The position numbers and the translations under genes were made by a program. DNA of 43,502 nucleotides from a virus, in IMG/VR virus record IMGVR_UViG_3300001750_000002, positions 1 through 43,502 of that record; one strand, 5' to 3'. Positions 39,822-43,502 of this stretch are shown here, one piece after another; positions within the stretch are counted from its first letter, which is position 1; each line of letters begins with the position of its first letter. The notes under the pieces are model-generated. The model saw nothing but the letters and a program-made list of their open reading frames with translations, was not told the origin of the DNA and made no database searches.

Positions 39822-40714
39822 TGGGCAGTAACAAGAATGCGGCGAGCGATGCGGCGGCGGCCTCAAATCGGGGCATAGATCGTCAAATTGCTGAGTTGCG
39901 TAGACAATTTGATATCACGTCGGAAGACCTCGCGCCGTTCATTTCAGCCGGTGAGAGCGCAATTCCGGCGGTGACCGAAGGCGCGACACTGCCCGGCCTG
40001 GCCGACCGACTTAGCCAGATTTTCAACACCGATATTTTCTCGACGCTCGTTGATGAGCGAACACGATCTGCCGAGGGCCAGCTTGCCGCCGGCGGCCTCA
40101 CCCGGTCGGGTGCCGGCGTGTCGGCTATCGCGGACATTCCGACCAATATCGGCCTTGCGATCGAGCAGATGTTGAGCGGCCGCGCGAGCAATCTTTTCAA
40201 TACCGGCGTGGATACGGCGTCGCGGCTCGGCGGGTTTGGCGCGCAAGCGGCTGGCCAGGTAGGACAAGCGTTCGCACAGCAGGGTGAAAACGTCGCTTCC
40301 GGCATCATCGGCGACGCTCAGGCAGGCGCGGCCACGTTTGGCAATATCCTGAACGCTGGTACCGCGATACTGAGTGCGCTGCCGTTCTCCGATCCGCGGC
40401 TAAAGACAAACGCCGTCAAGATCGAGCAGATGGGTCCGCTTGGCGTCTATCAATGGGATTGGATACCGGAGGCCGAAGGTACTGTCGTCGAGAAATGCCC
40501 GACAATCGGGTTTATGGCCGATGAGGTCGCCAAGCATTATCCGGAATTCGCTGGCGAGTTCGGTGGTTTTCAGTATATCGACTATGGCGGCTTGCTCGAC
40601 CATTTGAAAACAGATCTAAAAATCCCTGAAGAGATCATAGAGCACGGTTCGGATGTTGAGCTGAGGCAAGCAATAGCTGAACGCATGGGGTCTCCGTATG
40701 CCGACACTCGCTAA
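39821..40714 (+). CDS. fibre/needle-like protein with C-terminal S74-type intramolecular chaperone domain
   Basis: Gly/Ala-rich N-terminal 190 aa. Then ...LPFSDPRLKTNAVKIEQMGPLGVYQWDW...GFMADEVAKHYPEF...YIDYGGLL, which is the SDxRLKxN autocleavage/chaperone signature. It occupies a position analogous to P22 gp26, after the gp10-like gene. Confidence 0.65.
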   Translation: MGSNKNAASDAAAASNRGIDRQIAELRRQFDITSEDLAPFISAGESAIPAVTEGATLPGLADRLSQIFNTDIFSTLVDERTRSAEGQLAAGGLTRSGAGVSAIADIPTNIGLAIEQMLSGRASNLFNTGVDTASRLGGFGAQAAGQVGQAFAQQGENVASGIIGDAQAGAATFGNILNAGTAILSALPFSDPRLKTNAVKIEQMGPLGVYQWDWIPEAEGTVVEKCPTIGFMADEVAKHYPEFAGEFGGFQYIDYGGLLDHLKTDLKIPEEIIEHGSDVELRQAIAERMGSPYADTR

Positions 40715-42182
40715 TTTTCAAGGCGGTTCGCTTGTCGCCGATATCCGCACCGCGCTGGAGAACATCGGCGGTATTGGCGAGCGTGACCGGGCTGAGACGG
40801 CGGCTCAAGAGGCCGAAGACCTCGCGCTGACCGCGCGAGGGGTGGCCCCGCCGGCGCGCAAAGGGCCGCTCGACTTTTTGAACAAGATCGCGCCGGACCT
40901 GTTTCAGACTGTGCAGGACATCACCACGAAGCGCGCCGACCCAACGACCGAAACCGTGCAGGCGATCGAAGCGACACGAGAACGCGCGAAGAACAACATC
41001 GCGGTCTCCAAGCGTATTCTGGCCGAGCCGGATCCGGTTAAGAAACAGCGTATCGTGCGCGAGGATGCCGAACGTATCCGCGCCCAGGGCGGCGACATCA
41101 CCGGCCACGTCAAAATGTCGAACCTGTCACCGGATGAACTGGACCTGCAGGCTCAGAAGGTCAAGATGGCCGCCGAAGCGACCAATCGTGCCGTGCCGGG
41201 ACCGACAGAGGCCGAGCGCGAAATCGCGCGGATCAAACTCGCCGTGCGCTCGCCGGCCGCAGCGGAGGCTTTGCGCCGACAGGATCTGCAGAACGCGCAG
41301 CTCGCCCAGGCCGAGCGTGACCGGCTAAAAACTGAGGCCGCGCCCAAGACACCATTGGGCCAGGCGGTCGCGGCGATCAGTGCCGACGTGAACAGCGGCA
41401 CGTTGCCGGCATCGGTCGGCCAAGCGCTTGCGCAGCGCGCGGTCACGGCGGCAACGGTGCCGGAAACTCCGAAGTTCCAGACCGATATCGGCAAGCTGAT
41501 CGGCGATCAGGCCACGGTGAACCAGATTTATGGTGCCGGCAGTCCGCAGGCAAAAGCCATCGACGAGATGCTGGCCGGAGAGCTGAAAGGCGAGGCGCCG
41601 AAACTTACGGATGTCGCCGGAGTGCGCAAAGAGCACACGAAACAGTCGAGCGACTTTATCGTGACGCGAGATGCCTTTGAGAAGATCAAACAGGGTGTCG
41701 TAGGTGAACCCTCCGGGCCCAAAGACATCGCGATGATCGTCAATTTCATGAAAATGAACGATCCGGGCAGTGTCGTTCGCGAGAGTGAAGTGGAGACGAT
41801 ACGCCGCGCACAGGGCGCGGGCGGTGTCGCTGCTTCGTTTGCGAATAAGCTCTTAGGCGATGGTGTGGTCAGCGACCAGTTGCGGCAAGAGCTTATCGAA
41901 GCATCGGGTGGCCTCATGTCGGCGGCTGCGACGCAGCAAAAGAAGACTGACCAAGAATTTCGCGCGTTGGCGACGCGGCTTGGTATGGATCCGAATAATG
42001 TTGTGTTGGATTTCACCGCACCGATATCAGCGGAAGGCGATGCGGCTACCGGAGCGAATGCAGCGGCGGCCGGTGCGGGCGTGACAACAGCGTTTCCCGA
42101 AGTTGCGGACAAGGCTGCTTTCGACGCTCTTCCGCCAGGTGCCGAGTTCACATCTGGCGGTAAGAGGTTCAGAAAGCCGTAA
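40698..42182 (+). CDS. internal virion / ejection protein
   Basis: 494 aa, charged and helical. Lies between the needle-like gene and the giant ejection protein. The stop overlaps the next ATG (TAATG). Confidence 0.6.
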   Translation: MPTLANFQGGSLVADIRTALENIGGIGERDRAETAAQEAEDLALTARGVAPPARKGPLDFLNKIAPDLFQTVQDITTKRADPTTETVQAIEATRERAKNNIAVSKRILAEPDPVKKQRIVREDAERIRAQGGDITGHVKMSNLSPDELDLQAQKVKMAAEATNRAVPGPTEAEREIARIKLAVRSPAAAEALRRQDLQNAQLAQAERDRLKTEAAPKTPLGQAVAAISADVNSGTLPASVGQALAQRAVTAATVPETPKFQTDIGKLIGDQATVNQIYGAGSPQAKAIDEMLAGELKGEAPKLTDVAGVRKEHTKQSSDFIVTRDAFEKIKQGVVGEPSGPKDIAMIVNFMKMNDPGSVVRESEVETIRRAQGAGGVAASFANKLLGDGVVSDQLRQELIEASGGLMSAAATQQKKTDQEFRALATRLGMDPNNVVLDFTAPISAEGDAATGANAAAAGAGVTTAFPEVADKAAFDALPPGAEFTSGGKRFRKP

Positions 42183-43502
42183 TGGCTGATATCGTCCTCG
42201 ATTTCGCGACCAAGATCCGGAATAAACCGGTCAGCGACGGGTTTTTGCGGTCGCTCGACACCGCTCTATCGGCAACCGATCCGCGGTTGGGCGCGCGGAT
42301 CATCTCCGGCGGCCAGCCCCCGAAAGGGAAAGGTGGCCGCCGGACCGGCTCGACGCGTCACGACGTCGATAAAAGCGGACACGCCCACACCGGCGACCTG
42401 GTATTGACGATCGACGGCAAAGACGTGCTGCCGGGTGAGGATAAGCAGCTTTACGCCAGTTTTTTCCGCAACGCCGCGCCGTTTTTCCCCGGTATCGGCC
42501 ACTATAAGTGGGGCGTGCACGTCGGTAGCGGCACGACGGCCGCCTGGGGTCCGACCAAATCGAAACGCTCGCTTGATCCGGTATTCGCAGCGGCGATCCG
42601 GGACGGACGTACCGGCCGTAAACCCAAAGAGATCGCGCCAGGCCTTGTGGCCGATGCTACGCCGTCCGTGGCGCCAGGGAGTGCTGTTCCGGGGCCGAAA
42701 CCCAATCCGCGCGGTATTGCGCCGCGCGAAGCTGTAGCGTCGCCGCGCGAAGTTCCTCGGCAAGCCGTGGATGTGCGGCAACTGGTCGCGGATGTCACGA
42801 GTGCGTTCAATCTGCCGGAACCTGAGCTTCCATCGAATGTGACGGGCACGTTCGCGCCGCCACCAGTAGCCTCGTCGGGCGGCACTGCGATCGGAACTGG
42901 CGGTTTCGATATCCCGGCGCAAGACACTTTCATCACACCCGTGGGTGAGGGCGCTGTGCCTGGCCCTGTACCTTCACCTGTAGCGGCTGCCGAGGTCGAT
43001 CCCCTCAGCGGCCAACCGGATGGTCCGGTGGCGGTCGTTGCGGGTGTTTTCGATCCGACACAGTTTGGAGCCGTATTGATCCAAGAACCTGCTGCCGACA
43101 CCCCAGCGGCAGTAGTCGGAGACGGTATCGCATCTACCGTCCCCACCCCAGCGCCGGAAACCGCACTTGTACCCCCGGCGCCGGTGCCCGCTGCCGAAAC
43201 AACCGCCACCCCGGTCGCGGCAGCGGGCACGCCTATCGATCTCAGTCGGCCGCGTATCGATAACGCGGATGGTTCTTTTTCAACTGAGCGCACGATCACA
43301 ATTGACGAACAGACATCGGAAGGTCAGCGTTTTTTTAACATCCCGACCATTGTGAACGGACAGGAGTTGAGCGAAGAGGACGCTGTCGCGCTGTTCCGTG
43401 CCGGGCGAAACCCGGCAGTCGGTACGTTCGGCACGTTGAACGAAGCGTTACAGGCCGCGCAAGCACGATCAAACCGGATCGGCGAGCTTCGTGGTGCACC
43501 CG
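42182..43502 (+). CDS. large internal-virion / ejection protein, 5' part (continues as 1-2828); N-terminal putative LAS/M15-like zinc peptidase motif
   Basis: Hand translation: MADIVLDFATKIRNKPVSDGFLRSLDTALSATDPRLGARIISGGQPPKGKGGRRTGSTRHDVDKSGHAHTGDLVLTIDG...FFPGIGHYKWGVHVGSG. The His/Asp/His spacing is reminiscent of peptidase M15 (SxH..., ...D, GIGxY...H). Open to the window end. Confidence 0.8.
   Translation, partial: MADIVLDFATKIRNKPVSDGFLRSLDTALSATDPRLGARIISGGQPPKGKGGRRTGSTRHDVDKSGHAHTGDLVLTIDGKDVLPGEDKQLYASFFRNAAPFFPGIGHYKWGVHVGSGTTAAWGPTKSKRSLDPVFAAAIRDGRTGRKPKEIAPGLVADATPSVAPGSAVPGPKPNPRGIAPREAVASPREVPRQAVDVRQLVADVTSAFNLPEPELPSNVTGTFAPPPVASSGGTAIGTGGFDIPAQDTFITPVGEGAVPGPVPSPVAAAEVDPLSGQPDGPVAVVAGVFDPTQFGAVLIQEPAADTPAAVVGDGIASTVPTPAPETALVPPAPVPAAETTATPVAAAGTPIDLSRPRIDNADGSFSTERTITIDEQTSEGQRFFNIPTIVNGQELSEEDAVALFRAGRNPAVGTFGTLNEALQAAQARSNRIGELRGAP
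42339..43502. repeat. terminal direct repeat, copy 2 (identical to 1-1164)
   Basis: See copy 1. Confidence 0.95.

Noticed and set aside
1-43502. Search for tRNA, rRNA, CRISPR arrays, integrase/excisionase, CI-type repressor and reverse transcriptase (DGR/retron)
   Set aside because: I recognised no T-loop (GGTTCGAATCC-like) context with matching stems, no spaced direct-repeat array, and no tyrosine/serine recombinase or RT motifs in any listed ORF. Absence is by eye only; tRNAscan or HMM searches should confirm it.

Overview
The window is one complete phage genome. Bases 1-1164 are identical to 42339-43502, so the unique unit is 42,338 bp, either circularly closed or terminally redundant. 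One gene (42182 -> wrap -> 2828) spans the junction. The DNA is GC-rich by eye.

The genome has two arms that diverge from a 54-bp control region (20393-20446) and converge at 11976/11988.

Leftward arm (20392 -> 11988, minus strand): RHH regulator, Cas4-like PD-(D/E)XK nuclease, an SSB-like protein, the N-terminal half of a family-A DNA polymerase, small ORFs, an HNH endonuclease, an SNF2 helicase and a DUF6378-like protein.

Rightward arm (20447 -> wrap -> 11976, plus strand), in order:
- VRR-NUC nuclease and an HNH endonuclease.
- Accessory ORFs, including an oppositely oriented 8-stranded outer-membrane beta-barrel 'moron' and a Tat-signal protein.
- C5 DNA methyltransferase, an endonuclease VII-like gene, the C-terminal half of the DNA polymerase, an HNH-like gene and a prim-pol/SF3 primase-helicase.
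- A ~29% GC island packed with GGGATGG repeats.
- A P22-like morphogenesis module: TerS, TerL, portal, scaffold, coat, gp4-like, gp10-like, a needle-like protein with an S74 chaperone domain, and ejection proteins.
- A cluster of four receptor-binding-type proteins with an embedded muramidase, then a three-gene membrane (lysis-like) cassette.

I could not recognise an integrase, CRISPR array, tRNA or rRNA.

Most notable observations:
1. The DNA polymerase is encoded as two half-genes on opposite strands about 8 kb apart. The layout is consistent with an inversion centred on the divergent promoters.
2. An AT-rich iteron/G-quadruplex island lies between the primase and the late genes.
3. The methyltransferase gene is open in two overlapping frames, and both frames carry MTase-like motifs.
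4. There are five homing-endonuclease-type genes.

All functional calls come from motif recognition by eye. No database search was run.
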